Origin: Nitrospira sp.
Lineage (GTDB): Bacteria; Nitrospirota; Nitrospiria; SBBL01; JAADHI01
DNA: 64,000 nt
Direction of reading: 5' to 3'
NCBI GenBank assembly: GCA_027020665.1
Contig: JALUVJ010000014.1
Coordinates: forward strand, 466 to 64,465
This document shows, piece by piece, positions 31,923-41,351 of the stretch (positions within the stretch are counted from its first letter, which is position 1; every line of letters starts with the position of its first letter). Below the pieces are notes generated by a model. It was not told the origin of the DNA, did no database searches, and worked only from the letters and a program-made list of their open reading frames with translations. Position numbers and translations under genes: made by a program.

Positions 31923-32474
31923 ATGAAGAAAACAAAAAATGTGGTGATCTTTTCTCTATTTGTGTTTATTTTTTCGCTGGTTTATTTCGTTTATGCCCGT
32001 TTCCTGGGCGGGGTAACATCCAACGAAGAAACTTTTTTGACCGAAATCGGTGAGATTTTCGGGGGGCTGGGTTTTGCGGCGCTTGCAGTCATCTACGGCC
32101 GGACGGTCTTAAAATTGGGTTTGGGCAAGGGCGGCCTCGCCCGGCGCATTCTCCCCGAAGCCTACACGGGTATGGGCCTGTCTCTTTTAAAAAAGCTGCT
32201 TCAATTTTTGAATAAGACCCATATCTATGTGGGGATCACCGCCGTAGCCGCCATTGTCCTGCACGCAGGCTTCATGGGTCTGACGGATCAAAACCTGCTC
32301 CTCATCTTGGTATTTGCATTGGTGCTCTGGCAGGCTGTATTCGGGTTTTTTCTGTTCTGGCGATATTCGCCAAGAGAACTCAGAAAGGTATCCTACCTGG
32401 TGCATGCCCAATTTTTAAGCGGGATCATGATCGGAATTTTTGCTTTTTTCGGACACCTGCTCGCCGGGGACTGA
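31923..32474 (+). CDS. Hypothetical 5-TM membrane protein with two His pairs in TM helices
   Basis: 183 aa from ATG 31923 (GGGAGG RBS). HIYVGITAVAAIVLH and HAQFLSGIMIGIFAFFGH each place a His near both ends of a hydrophobic helix. Confidence 0.5.
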   Translation: MKKTKNVVIFSLFVFIFSLVYFVYARFLGGVTSNEETFLTEIGEIFGGLGFAALAVIYGRTVLKLGLGKGGLARRILPEAYTGMGLSLLKKLLQFLNKTHIYVGITAVAAIVLHAGFMGLTDQNLLLILVFALVLWQAVFGFFLFWRYSPRELRKVSYLVHAQFLSGIMIGIFAFFGHLLAGD

Positions 32475-32491
32475 GCTCCCCCGGCGAGCAG
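32457..32491. terminator. GC-rich hairpin between convergent genes
   Basis: CTGCTCGCCGGGGA-CTGAGC-TCCCCCGGCGAGCAG is a 14-bp stem with one bulged C. The upstream gene stop codon sits in the loop. There is no U-tract on either strand. Confidence 0.45.
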
Positions 32492-32504
32492 GCTTAAGGC
32501 ATGC

Positions 32505-33989
32505 CTACTGTTGTCTTTTTAAAGAGACAAATCGCATGGAGCCGTCCTGCTTGATGAGAAGCAATACCGGGTCGTTTTCGGCGCTTTTTGCCAGGGCTTT
32601 TCTGAAATCTCTGAGCGTGCGTATTTTTTGTCGATTGACTTCCAGAACGAGCGCACCGGGTCGGATGCCGGCGAGGTCCGCGGCGGAACCCGGTGCAACA
32701 GCAGTCACCACCACGCCCTGTTTTTCGGACAGCCCGAACTGACGCGCAAGCTCGGTATTGAGCGGTTTTACACTCAGGCCCAGCCGGGCGCTGCGCTGCG
32801 ACGCATCGCCGTTTGAGGCAAGCTGCTCATGGGGAAGCTTGCCCAGCGTGACGTTTAAAAGCACTTTTTTTCGATTTCGGACGACAGTCAATTTCTGTTT
32901 TGTGCCCGGGGTTTTCAAGGAGACGCTGTTTCGAAACGACCCTGTGTCTTTGACCGGCTTTCCGGCAAACTCAATGATCACATCGCCTTGTTTGATCCCC
33001 GCTTTTTCGGCCGGAGAGCTGGCAAGCACTTCCGCGACCAGCACGCCCTTTTGGCGGTCAATGCCGAAGGACTTTGCCAGGTCGGGCGTCAGGTTCTGGA
33101 TGCTGATGCCCAAATAGCCGCGTGTGACCGTGCCTGATTTAATCAATTGGCCCATAATGTCCTTGGCCATGTTGATCGGTATCGCGAAGCCGATCCCCAT
33201 ATAACCGCCGCTTTGGGTAAAAATCGCCGTATTCATTCCGACGACTTCACCGTCCAAATTAATGAGCGGCCCGCCGGAATTGCCGGGGTTGATCGCCGCA
33301 TCCGTTTGAATAAAGTTTTCATAATCCGCAACCCCCACGCTGCTGCGGCCTTTTGCACTGACCACGCCGACCGTCAAGGTGTGGGAGAGACCGAAGGGGT
33401 TGCCGATGGCGATGACCCATTCTCCCACTTCCAGGGCCTCGGAATCACCGAGCGGGATATGAGGCAGATTGTCCGCGTCAATTTTAATGACCGCCACATC
33501 CGAGTGCGGGTCGGTGCCCACCGTTTCGGCGGAAAATTCGCGGCCGTTCTGAAACCGTACGGTAACTTCGTCCGCGCCGCCGACAACATGATTGTTGGTC
33601 AAAATGTAACCGTCTTTTGAAACAATGAAACCGGATCCTTGCCCCGTCATCTGCCGAGGCGCCTGGGGAACTTGGGGCGGGTTTTGTCGCGGCGCAGTTC
33701 CGGGAAAATCGGGGCCGAAAAAACGTCTGAAAAATTCATCGCCGTCGCCGAAGGGGAAGCGAAAAGGTATTGTCGGCCGGTTTTGCACGGTTTTGCGCAC
33801 CTGAATAAAAACCACGGCCGGAGACACTTTTTTGGCAACGGCGGAAAAAGTTTTGCCGGTCTGACGCAGGTTTTCGACCCCGTGGTTTTGTGCAAACGCG
33901 GGAAAAGGCAGCATTGACAGAAGCACAATCACGGCGAAATAGAGTCTCTTGTTCCGGTTTTTCAAAATGGATTTTTTATCTTGCGTCAT
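32505..33989 (-). CDS. degP: Periplasmic serine endoprotease DegP/DegQ (HtrA family), two PDZ domains
   Basis: Has the catalytic triad contexts TNNHVV, DVAVIK and GNSGGPL, a signal peptide, and two PDZ-like segments. ATG 33989 (AAGGAG RBS) is preferred over ATG 34004. Confidence 0.9.
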   Translation of the reverse strand: MTQDKKSILKNRNKRLYFAVIVLLSMLPFPAFAQNHGVENLRQTGKTFSAVAKKVSPAVVFIQVRKTVQNRPTIPFRFPFGDGDEFFRRFFGPDFPGTAPRQNPPQVPQAPRQMTGQGSGFIVSKDGYILTNNHVVGGADEVTVRFQNGREFSAETVGTDPHSDVAVIKIDADNLPHIPLGDSEALEVGEWVIAIGNPFGLSHTLTVGVVSAKGRSSVGVADYENFIQTDAAINPGNSGGPLINLDGEVVGMNTAIFTQSGGYMGIGFAIPINMAKDIMGQLIKSGTVTRGYLGISIQNLTPDLAKSFGIDRQKGVLVAEVLASSPAEKAGIKQGDVIIEFAGKPVKDTGSFRNSVSLKTPGTKQKLTVVRNRKKVLLNVTLGKLPHEQLASNGDASQRSARLGLSVKPLNTELARQFGLSEKQGVVVTAVAPGSAADLAGIRPGALVLEVNRQKIRTLRDFRKALAKSAENDPVLLLIKQDGSMRFVSLKRQQ

Positions 33990-34000
33990 CACACACTCCT

Positions 34001-34384
34001 TCATTTCGCTTCCTCGACCATCTTGAGGAGGCTGGCTTCAACTTCTTCCGCAACTTGTCGCAGTGTTTGGTCTTGAGACAGGGCGGCGAGCATGCCTGCG
34101 GGTTTGATCAATCCGATTTTAGTTTCCCCGTTTTCGGTGAAAACGGAGACACGGCAGGGCAAGGCCATATTGAGATTCATATCGACCGCCAGCACCTTTG
34201 CCGCCTGCTGAGGATTGCAGACTTCGAAGATCTTGCAGGATTCTTTAAAATCAATACCTTTCTTGCGCAGGGTATTCCCCAAGTCATGCACATGCAACAC
34301 GCCGAAGCCGTGGTTTTTGACGGCGGTCTCAAAATCAGCCGACGCCGTTTCAAATGATTTTTGTGATTTCACGATGTCGTACAT
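34001..34384 (-). CDS. DUF302-family protein
   Basis: 127 aa from MYDIV (AAGGAGG RBS). Has EVCNPQQAAKVL and the ALPCRVSVF pattern typical of DUF302 as I recall it. Confidence 0.6.
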   Translation of the reverse strand: MYDIVKSQKSFETASADFETAVKNHGFGVLHVHDLGNTLRKKGIDFKESCKIFEVCNPQQAAKVLAVDMNLNMALPCRVSVFTENGETKIGLIKPAGMLAALSQDQTLRQVAEEVEASLLKMVEEAK

Positions 34385-34604
34385 TTTTGACGCCTCCTTA
34401 ATCAATAAAAAACCGCTTTCTCTCCGGTAATCTCGATCTGCCGTGCGGATCAATGATTTCCGGCTTAAAATAGAAATAATTCCCAGGGGGATATTTTTCA
34501 AGACTGCGATAAACGCGTGATTTTCAGCGCAGAGTTTTTTTACCGGACTGGGTCATCAATGATCCCAAAGATTTCGCGGCCTTCCGGCCAAAACACGATA
34601 TCGG

Positions 34605-35921
34605 TCAACGGCCCTGCGCCGATTTTTTAATCGACATTGTTCGTTCCAATAAAATGGTGTAAACAGGTCGATTGCCAAGCTGTGCGGTAACCAGGGATGC
34701 CGTGACCGAGGTGATAATCAAAGGAAGGATCAGCTCGAAGTTTGATGTCATTTCAATGGCAAGCACCAAACCCGTAAGCGGGGCCCTTACGGTTGAGGCA
34801 AATATACCGGCCATGCCTGCAACCGCGAAAACGCCCGGATATGGAATAAGCGCCGGGAAATAGGGCTGCATTATATTGCCGTACAGCGTGCCGAAAATCA
34901 CACCGAGGGCGAGCAAGGGTGCAAAAATGCCCCCCGGCACCCCGAGACCGTAACTAAAAAGGGTTAAGAATAGCCTGATCAGAAAGAGACCGATGAGAAA
35001 CTGTTGCGTATGGGACAGATCCAGCACCTGCCGGATCGCCGTATACCCCCCTCCGAGCATCGCCGGGTTTAATATGCCGATCACAGAGATCAATAGTCCT
35101 GCGGTAATGAGGCTTAAGACTGTTTTTTTCTGCGACAGGGAAGCAAAATAGTCCAATGATACGATGAGTAATTGATTAAAAATCTGTCCCACAAATCCGA
35201 ATAAGGCCCCCAGAATGATAAATAACCATATAGCGGATAAAGCGGGATCCGGGAAGACCATCATTTTAATGACGGGGTCCGCATCGACCAAAACTCTCAC
35301 CACAAAATCGGCCGTGCCCGATGCGACCATGATGGCCGCAACGGAAAAAAAGGACCATCTGAAATGTTCTTGCATTTCTTCGATGACAAAGATGATGCCT
35401 GAAAGCGGGGCATTAAAAGCGCTCGCGAGTCCTGCTGCTGCGCCTGCCGAAACAAGCGGGTTTGTTTTGTTGTCGGGGCGCCTGAACAGGTCTTTAATCA
35501 TCTTCCCGATGTTTGCACCGATTTGAACGGTCGGGCCTTCACGACCGAGCAATAAACCGCTTCCCAGGGAAAATAATGACGCAAAAAATTTAACCGGCAA
35601 GACCCGTTTCCAACGCAGCGGTCTGATTTCATCCAAAGCCCCTTCAATTTCATGAACGCCGCTGCCTGAGGCCTCCGGGGCAAACCGCTTGACCAACAAT
35701 AAGGCAATCCCGATTCCACCGACCGCAAACAAAAACGGCAGGATCCAATTGCTAAGGCCCAGATGACCCTCGCCTGTGTACAGGCTGTCTCTGAGCATTT
35801 CGATGTAAGCCAGTGAAAGTCTAAAAATGGAACTGATGACACCCACAACGATGCCGACGACAAAAGCAAAAAAGATTAAACTGAAGTTTTTTGTATCCGC
35901 ATCAATAAACCGTTGATCCAA
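34605..35921 (-). CDS. clcA: ClC-type chloride channel / H+-Cl- antiporter
   Basis: 438 aa with GSGVHE, GREGPTVQIG and GIFAPLL selectivity-filter motifs. TTG start. Confidence 0.85.
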   Translation of the reverse strand: MDQRFIDADTKNFSLIFFAFVVGIVVGVISSIFRLSLAYIEMLRDSLYTGEGHLGLSNWILPFLFAVGGIGIALLLVKRFAPEASGSGVHEIEGALDEIRPLRWKRVLPVKFFASLFSLGSGLLLGREGPTVQIGANIGKMIKDLFRRPDNKTNPLVSAGAAAGLASAFNAPLSGIIFVIEEMQEHFRWSFFSVAAIMVASGTADFVVRVLVDADPVIKMMVFPDPALSAIWLFIILGALFGFVGQIFNQLLIVSLDYFASLSQKKTVLSLITAGLLISVIGILNPAMLGGGYTAIRQVLDLSHTQQFLIGLFLIRLFLTLFSYGLGVPGGIFAPLLALGVIFGTLYGNIMQPYFPALIPYPGVFAVAGMAGIFASTVRAPLTGLVLAIEMTSNFELILPLIITSVTASLVTAQLGNRPVYTILLERTMSIKKSAQGR

Positions 35922-36266
35922 GTCTTAGGATCTCCTCTCTCCATGCCGTGTGCCAAGTTGCAAGTGCAGTTTGTGTGTTCTCTTTCGGTTGTTGCTTATT
36001 CTGTCTGATTTACTGTTTTGAACGGCCTCGTTTTGTTTAATTTACACGCTTTGCTTTCTCTTGCCAAAGCAATAAATGTTTGTCCGCATGTTTCGACCCG
36101 GACCCATTAAGAAAAAGGAAGGCTTCACTTATACAAAAAAAGTAGTGTAGAATCGCCCGTCCGCTGAACATCGGACCGAGAGAAATCAACATTTTAAGTT
36201 TCCTCTTGAGTGGATATCGGAAAAGCGTGCTGACGCATTTCCAATGAAAAGAACCTTAGGAATCAC

Positions 36267-38618
36267 ATGAAAAATCGTCCGCAGGCCCGTGTCGTTCACC
36301 TCTTGTTGACGACCGTATTTTTAGGTCTTGCCGCATTTCATCTCAGCAGGAAGAGTGAACCGCAAGAAAAGCCCCCCTCGGCAGAACAGCGTCTAGACCC
36401 GGATACCGTAAAGGTGCATTACCGGGAAGCGGTGAAGCCGATCCTCGAATCGCGATGTATCGTGTGTCACGGCTGTTACGACGCACCCTGTCAACTGAAT
36501 CTCAGCGCGCATGAGGGCATCGTGCGCGGGGCAAACAAGGCACGGGTCTACAACCCGAGCCGCTTGTTGGCTGTGGAACCCACACGCCTGTTTCTTGATG
36601 CGCGCGGCTTAAGTGAATGGCGGAAGCTGGATTTTTTCCCGGTCTTAAATGAAGGATCCCGGGGGAAAGAAACAGAGCGCAATGCCGGATTGATTCAAAA
36701 GATGTTGCAATTGAAGCGGCAGCATCCGCTGCCGCGGGAAACGCCCTTGCCCCCCGGTTTTGATTTTTCACTGGACCGTGAACAGTATTGCCCGAAAGCA
36801 GATGAGTTTGAGGATTTTGCAAAGGAAAAACCCCTCTGGGGCATGCCGTACGGACTGCCTGCCTTGACGGACCGTGAATACCGTACCTTGTCGCGTTGGT
36901 TGGAAAAAGGGGCCTTGCATGAGCCGCCCGGGCCGGTCTCCCCCGGGATACGTTCGGCCGTTATTAAATGGGAAGGGTTTTTAAACGGCAACACGCCCAA
37001 AGAGCAACTGATGAGCCGCTATCTGTACGAACATCTCTTTCTGGCTCACTTTTATTTTGGAGCGCACAATACAAAGGCGTTTTTTCGTTTGGTCCGATCC
37101 AAAACCCCGCCAGGGGAAGCCATCGATCTCGTGGTCACACGGCGCCCCTATGACGACCCGGAAATCGACCGGGTTTATTATCGTCTTCAAGCGGTTCATT
37201 CCACAATTCTGGCCAAGACACACATGCCCTATCGCCTCGATTCGCAACGGATGGCCCGTTACCGGGAACTCTTTCTCGTCCCTGCGTACACAGTTTCGCG
37301 CTTGCCCTCTTACGAGGCCGAGCGCTCCGCAAATCCCTTTGCGACGTTTCAGTCCATCCCGGCAAAATCGCGTTACATGTTTCTTTTGGATGAGGCCGCC
37401 TTTTCTATCGGGAACTTCATCAAAGGCCCCGTGTGCCGCGGGCAAGTGGCCCTCAGCGTGATTAATGAGCGCTTTTGGATTTTCTTTGTCAACCCGGAGA
37501 ATCCGGCTCTCGCGCACGGAGACGAATTTCTTGCCAAGGAACTCGAAAACCTCAGAATGCCGACAGAGAAGCAAAGCAATGCAACCGTCGTCTCCAACTG
37601 GTTTAAGTATTATAAATTGGAAAAAAAATATTTTGCCGCAAAAATTAACTACATCAAAGCGCATTTGCCGCAGGCAGAAGATATCTCACTCGACATTATT
37701 TGGGAGGGTTACGGAAAGAATGACAATGCGGCCCTCACCGTTTTCAGGCAGCTGGACAACGGAAGCATCGTCAAAGGTCTAATCGGAGACGAACCCAAAA
37801 CCGCCATCTTATTGGATTACCCCTTGCTGGAGCGTATCCATTACCTGCTCGTTGCGGGTTATGATATTTTCGGCAACATCGGACACCAACTCAATTCCCG
37901 TCTCTATATGGACTTTATGCGGATGGAGGGCGAGTTTAATTTTCTGATCCTGCTTCCTGAAAAAGAACGGGTCAAAACATGGAAACACTGGTATCGTAAG
38001 GCCCTGGGTACAGTGGAAGATCATATTTATGGCTACAACAAAGCACTCAATCGGCAAACGGGGATTCAATATAAAACAAACGATCCGAAGTCGGAATTAT
38101 TAGGTCTCTTAAAAACACGTCTTGCGCCGGTACTGAATCGGGATTATGAACTAAAAAGGGGCGAGAATGAAGAGATCGGCCAAGCACTGAAAAGACTGTC
38201 GCAAATCAAAGGCGCAGCAGCTTCTTTGTTGCCGCAATCTGCGGTTTTGTCCATCGCCGGTGAGCAGGATTTATTTTTTACGCTCATCCAAAACAGGGGG
38301 CTGGCCAATGTGTCCCATCTTTTTTTTGAGGACATGAGACGTTTGCCGGAAGAGGACAACTTAACCGTGGTCCGCGGTTTTGCGGCTGCGTATCCCAATG
38401 CTTTTTATCACATTCCGCCCTCGGAATTGGACGCTTTTGTTGATGCCGTAGCAGGGCTCCGCAGCGAGAGCGATTATCAAGACCTTTTGGACCGTTTTGG
38501 TATCCGGCGAAACGATCCTGATTTCTGGAAACACAGCGACATCCTCCATGCGGCCTATCAAAAAACGGCGCCCGTTGAGGCGGGTTTATTAGATTACAAT
38601 CGATTGGAAAATAGATGA
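36267..38618 (+). CDS. cti: Fatty acid cis/trans isomerase (CTI family, c-type haem protein)
   Basis: 783 aa with an N-terminal signal anchor. CIVCHGCYDAPCQLNLS contains the CXXCH haem motif in the context I remember from Pseudomonas Cti. The size matches. Confidence 0.75.
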   Translation: MKNRPQARVVHLLLTTVFLGLAAFHLSRKSEPQEKPPSAEQRLDPDTVKVHYREAVKPILESRCIVCHGCYDAPCQLNLSAHEGIVRGANKARVYNPSRLLAVEPTRLFLDARGLSEWRKLDFFPVLNEGSRGKETERNAGLIQKMLQLKRQHPLPRETPLPPGFDFSLDREQYCPKADEFEDFAKEKPLWGMPYGLPALTDREYRTLSRWLEKGALHEPPGPVSPGIRSAVIKWEGFLNGNTPKEQLMSRYLYEHLFLAHFYFGAHNTKAFFRLVRSKTPPGEAIDLVVTRRPYDDPEIDRVYYRLQAVHSTILAKTHMPYRLDSQRMARYRELFLVPAYTVSRLPSYEAERSANPFATFQSIPAKSRYMFLLDEAAFSIGNFIKGPVCRGQVALSVINERFWIFFVNPENPALAHGDEFLAKELENLRMPTEKQSNATVVSNWFKYYKLEKKYFAAKINYIKAHLPQAEDISLDIIWEGYGKNDNAALTVFRQLDNGSIVKGLIGDEPKTAILLDYPLLERIHYLLVAGYDIFGNIGHQLNSRLYMDFMRMEGEFNFLILLPEKERVKTWKHWYRKALGTVEDHIYGYNKALNRQTGIQYKTNDPKSELLGLLKTRLAPVLNRDYELKRGENEEIGQALKRLSQIKGAAASLLPQSAVLSIAGEQDLFFTLIQNRGLANVSHLFFEDMRRLPEEDNLTVVRGFAAAYPNAFYHIPPSELDAFVDAVAGLRSESDYQDLLDRFGIRRNDPDFWKHSDILHAAYQKTAPVEAGLLDYNRLENR

Positions 38619-38693
38619 GAATTACTTTTAACCTATAAAAATCATTTGGGCACGGAAAGCGGCTTGTGATCCGGGCTTTGTGTGCGCCTTGCA

Positions 38694-40322
38694 CTAAACG
38701 CTTTCCCGAATCATGTCGATGGCGCCGCAAGGGCATTCCTCCGCGCACATGCCGCAGCCCTTGCAATAATCCAGGTTAAATGCATAGCGCAACCCCGGTC
38801 CCAGCTTGATTACGGCGTTGTCCGGACAAACGCCGTAGCAGTTGTCGCACTCAAAACAGTTGCCGCAGGAGAGGCAGCGGCGGGCTTCCAACAGGGCGGT
38901 GTCTTCGCCGAGCCCGCCGACGACTTCGTCAAAACTTTTCCGGCGCCGGGCCATGTCCAAATAAGGTTGCTTGCTTTGATCGGCATCCGTGTAATACCAG
39001 GGGTTCAGCCGGTCGAAACTTGCGAGCGCGTGTTTTTTGGGCGGCTGATACGTCTTTCCGCGCAAATAGGCGTCGATGTGCCGCGCGGCCTTTTTCCCGT
39101 GGCCCGTCGCGACGGTCACCGTGCGCGCCGAGGGCACCATGTCGCCGCCGGCGAAAAGACCCGGCCGGCCCGTCATCATGCGCTCATCCACTTGAACCAC
39201 GCCGTCTTCGGAGACAAGCAGACCCGGCACGTTTCTTAAAAAATCGGCATCCACGTATTGGCCTAGGGCCAAAATCAGGGTGTCCGCCGCGATTGCTTCA
39301 AAACGCCCCGTGCCGACAGGACGCCCGTCTTCGTCCAAGGTCATTTCTTCCACTTGAAATTTTTCATCGGATCCCGAGGTGATGGTGCGCAGCCAGTGTA
39401 TTTGAATGCCTTCTTCCAGGGCTTCGGCCACTTCGAAATCGTGCGCCGGCATGTGTTCCCGATCCCGGCGGTAGATGATGACCGCTTCGTCCGCGCCCAG
39501 GCGTTTGGCCGTGCGCGCGGCGTCGATCGCCGTATTGCCGCCCCCGTAGACCGCGACGCGCCGTCCCAGCTTCGGCGGGGCGTCGCTTTCCATTTTTTCA
39601 AGAAACTGTACGGCGTCCAGGATTTTTCCTGCATCGCGCCCCGGAATGTCGGTGCGTTTTCCGATGTGCGCGCCGATGGCCAGGAAGGCCGCGTCAAAGC
39701 TTCCTTTTTCGAGTTCGGCTTGCAAGTCTTCCACTTTGTGATTGAGGTGGAGGGCGACCCCCATGGCCTCAATGCGCGCGACCTCGGCGTCCAAAATATC
39801 GCGCGGCAGACGGTAGGCGGGAATGCCGAAACGCATCATGCCGCCGATTTTGTTGCCCGCTTCGTAGAGGCTAACGGCGTGGCCGAGCCGCGTCAAATGA
39901 TAGGCCGCGGAAAGACCGCTCGGCCCGCCGCCGACGACCAAGACCTTTTTCCCGCTTTTCGATCCGGGTTCGAGCGTCCATTGTTTTTCAATCGCCAAGT
40001 CGCCGAGATATCGCTCGACGGCGTGAATGTTCACGGCTTCGTCCAATTCTCCCCGGTTGCAGGCGTTTTCGCAAGGGTGGTAGCAGACCCGTCCGTGAAC
40101 GGCCGGAAAGGGATTGTCCGCCATGAGTTTTTGCCAGGCTTCAAAGTACTTGCCTTCTTCCGCTTCGTAGAGCCAAGCCTGAATATTTTCTCCGGCGGGA
40201 CAGGCGGCGTTGCAGGGCGGGAGGCGATCCACGTAAACCGGCCGTTTGCTGCGCCAGAGGCCGGTGTGATTCTGCCGGCTGCTGTTGGGATCTAAGGTGA
40301 CGGCAAAAGGTTTTTGTTGCAT
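38694..40322 (-). CDS. GltD/NfnB-like NAD(P)H-dependent flavoprotein fused to a C-terminal 2x[4Fe-4S] ferredoxin domain
   Basis: 542 aa. Has N-terminal Cys clusters (CNAACPAGENIQ, CYHPCENACNRG) and two Rossmann motifs (VLVVGGGPSGLSAAY, VAVYGGGNTAIDAA). The C-terminus is CLSCGNCFECDNCYGVCP...CKGCGMCAEECPCGAI. Confidence 0.75.
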   Translation of the reverse strand: MQQKPFAVTLDPNSSRQNHTGLWRSKRPVYVDRLPPCNAACPAGENIQAWLYEAEEGKYFEAWQKLMADNPFPAVHGRVCYHPCENACNRGELDEAVNIHAVERYLGDLAIEKQWTLEPGSKSGKKVLVVGGGPSGLSAAYHLTRLGHAVSLYEAGNKIGGMMRFGIPAYRLPRDILDAEVARIEAMGVALHLNHKVEDLQAELEKGSFDAAFLAIGAHIGKRTDIPGRDAGKILDAVQFLEKMESDAPPKLGRRVAVYGGGNTAIDAARTAKRLGADEAVIIYRRDREHMPAHDFEVAEALEEGIQIHWLRTITSGSDEKFQVEEMTLDEDGRPVGTGRFEAIAADTLILALGQYVDADFLRNVPGLLVSEDGVVQVDERMMTGRPGLFAGGDMVPSARTVTVATGHGKKAARHIDAYLRGKTYQPPKKHALASFDRLNPWYYTDADQSKQPYLDMARRRKSFDEVVGGLGEDTALLEARRCLSCGNCFECDNCYGVCPDNAVIKLGPGLRYAFNLDYCKGCGMCAEECPCGAIDMIRESV

Positions 40323-40333
40323 GATGTTTTCTC

Positions 40334-41341
40334 TTATTCCGAATCGGGCGCTTCGATTAAGCCGTAGCGGGCGATGTTGTCATCCGCGATTTGTTGAATG
40401 GCGGCCAGCGTCTCTGTTTTTTTCGGTGGGCCGAAGAGGTGTTTGAATCGCCCCTGCAGCCTAAGATAATCCTCGACCGGCATTTTTTTCCGGATAGGGG
40501 TGACATCGGTCACTTTCCCGGACTCGGCCTCGAACACGGGAAAGAGTCCGGATTCGACGGCGGTCCGGGCCACCCGAATCGTGTGGGCGGGATCCGAGCC
40601 CCAGCCTAAGGGACAGGGCACAAAAATATGAATATAGCGCGCGCCGCGCATTTTCACGGCCTTCGTGACTTTGGCCTCCAAATCGTGCAGGTCGGCCACG
40701 GTCGCGGTCGCGACATAGGGGATGTCGTGCGCCATGGCGATGCGGGGCAGGTTTTTGCCCGTTTCAAAGCGGCTGCCGGGTGCGTCGCCCACCGCCTGTG
40801 TCGTCATCGTGCGCGCGGCGGGCGGCGTGGCGCCCGAACGCTGCACGCCGGTGTTCATATAGGCCTCGTTGTCGTAACAAATATAAAGCACGTCGTCGTT
40901 GCGCTCAAACATGCCGGAAAGACAGCCGAAGCCGATGTCCACCGTGCCGCCGTCTCCCCCCTGGGCGATGACTTTGCTCTGCGTCTTCCCTTTGGCTTTT
41001 AAGGCCGCGGCGACGCCGCTTGCGACCGCCGGCGCGTTGCCGAAGACCGAATGGATCCAGGGCAGTTGCCATGCGCTTTCCGGATAGGGGGTGGAAAACA
41101 CTTCGAGGCAGCCGGTGGCGTTGACGGCAATCACTTGATTGTTTGCGGCCCGCATCGCCGCATCCACGGCGTAGCGCGCGCCCAAGGCTTCGCCGCAGCC
41201 CTGACAGGCGCGGTGCCCCGAATTGAGCGAATTCGTGCGGGCGATGCCGGACTGCACGGTGCGAAGGGTCTCGTCCAGTAAGCGGTTTCCGACGGTAAAG
41301 GTGCCGGTCTGATAAAATTTGACAACTTGCTTCGACATCAT
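40334..41341 (-). CDS. 2-oxoacid:ferredoxin oxidoreductase beta subunit (TPP-binding)
   Basis: 335 aa with the CQGCGE Cys motif near the N-terminus and GDGGTVDIGF of the TPP-binding motif. Confidence 0.85.
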   Translation of the reverse strand: MMSKQVVKFYQTGTFTVGNRLLDETLRTVQSGIARTNSLNSGHRACQGCGEALGARYAVDAAMRAANNQVIAVNATGCLEVFSTPYPESAWQLPWIHSVFGNAPAVASGVAAALKAKGKTQSKVIAQGGDGGTVDIGFGCLSGMFERNDDVLYICYDNEAYMNTGVQRSGATPPAARTMTTQAVGDAPGSRFETGKNLPRIAMAHDIPYVATATVADLHDLEAKVTKAVKMRGARYIHIFVPCPLGWGSDPAHTIRVARTAVESGLFPVFEAESGKVTDVTPIRKKMPVEDYLRLQGRFKHLFGPPKKTETLAAIQQIADDNIARYGLIEAPDSE

Positions 41342-41351
41342 GTTTTTCGCG

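Noticed and set aside
35922-36266. Possible fluoride (crcB-type) riboswitch upstream of the ClC gene.
   Set aside because: I read the minus strand of the leader and found nothing resembling the conserved riboswitch core as I remember it. The ClC also has canonical chloride-type motifs (GSGVHE, GREGP, GIFAP) rather than the fluoride-clade variants.
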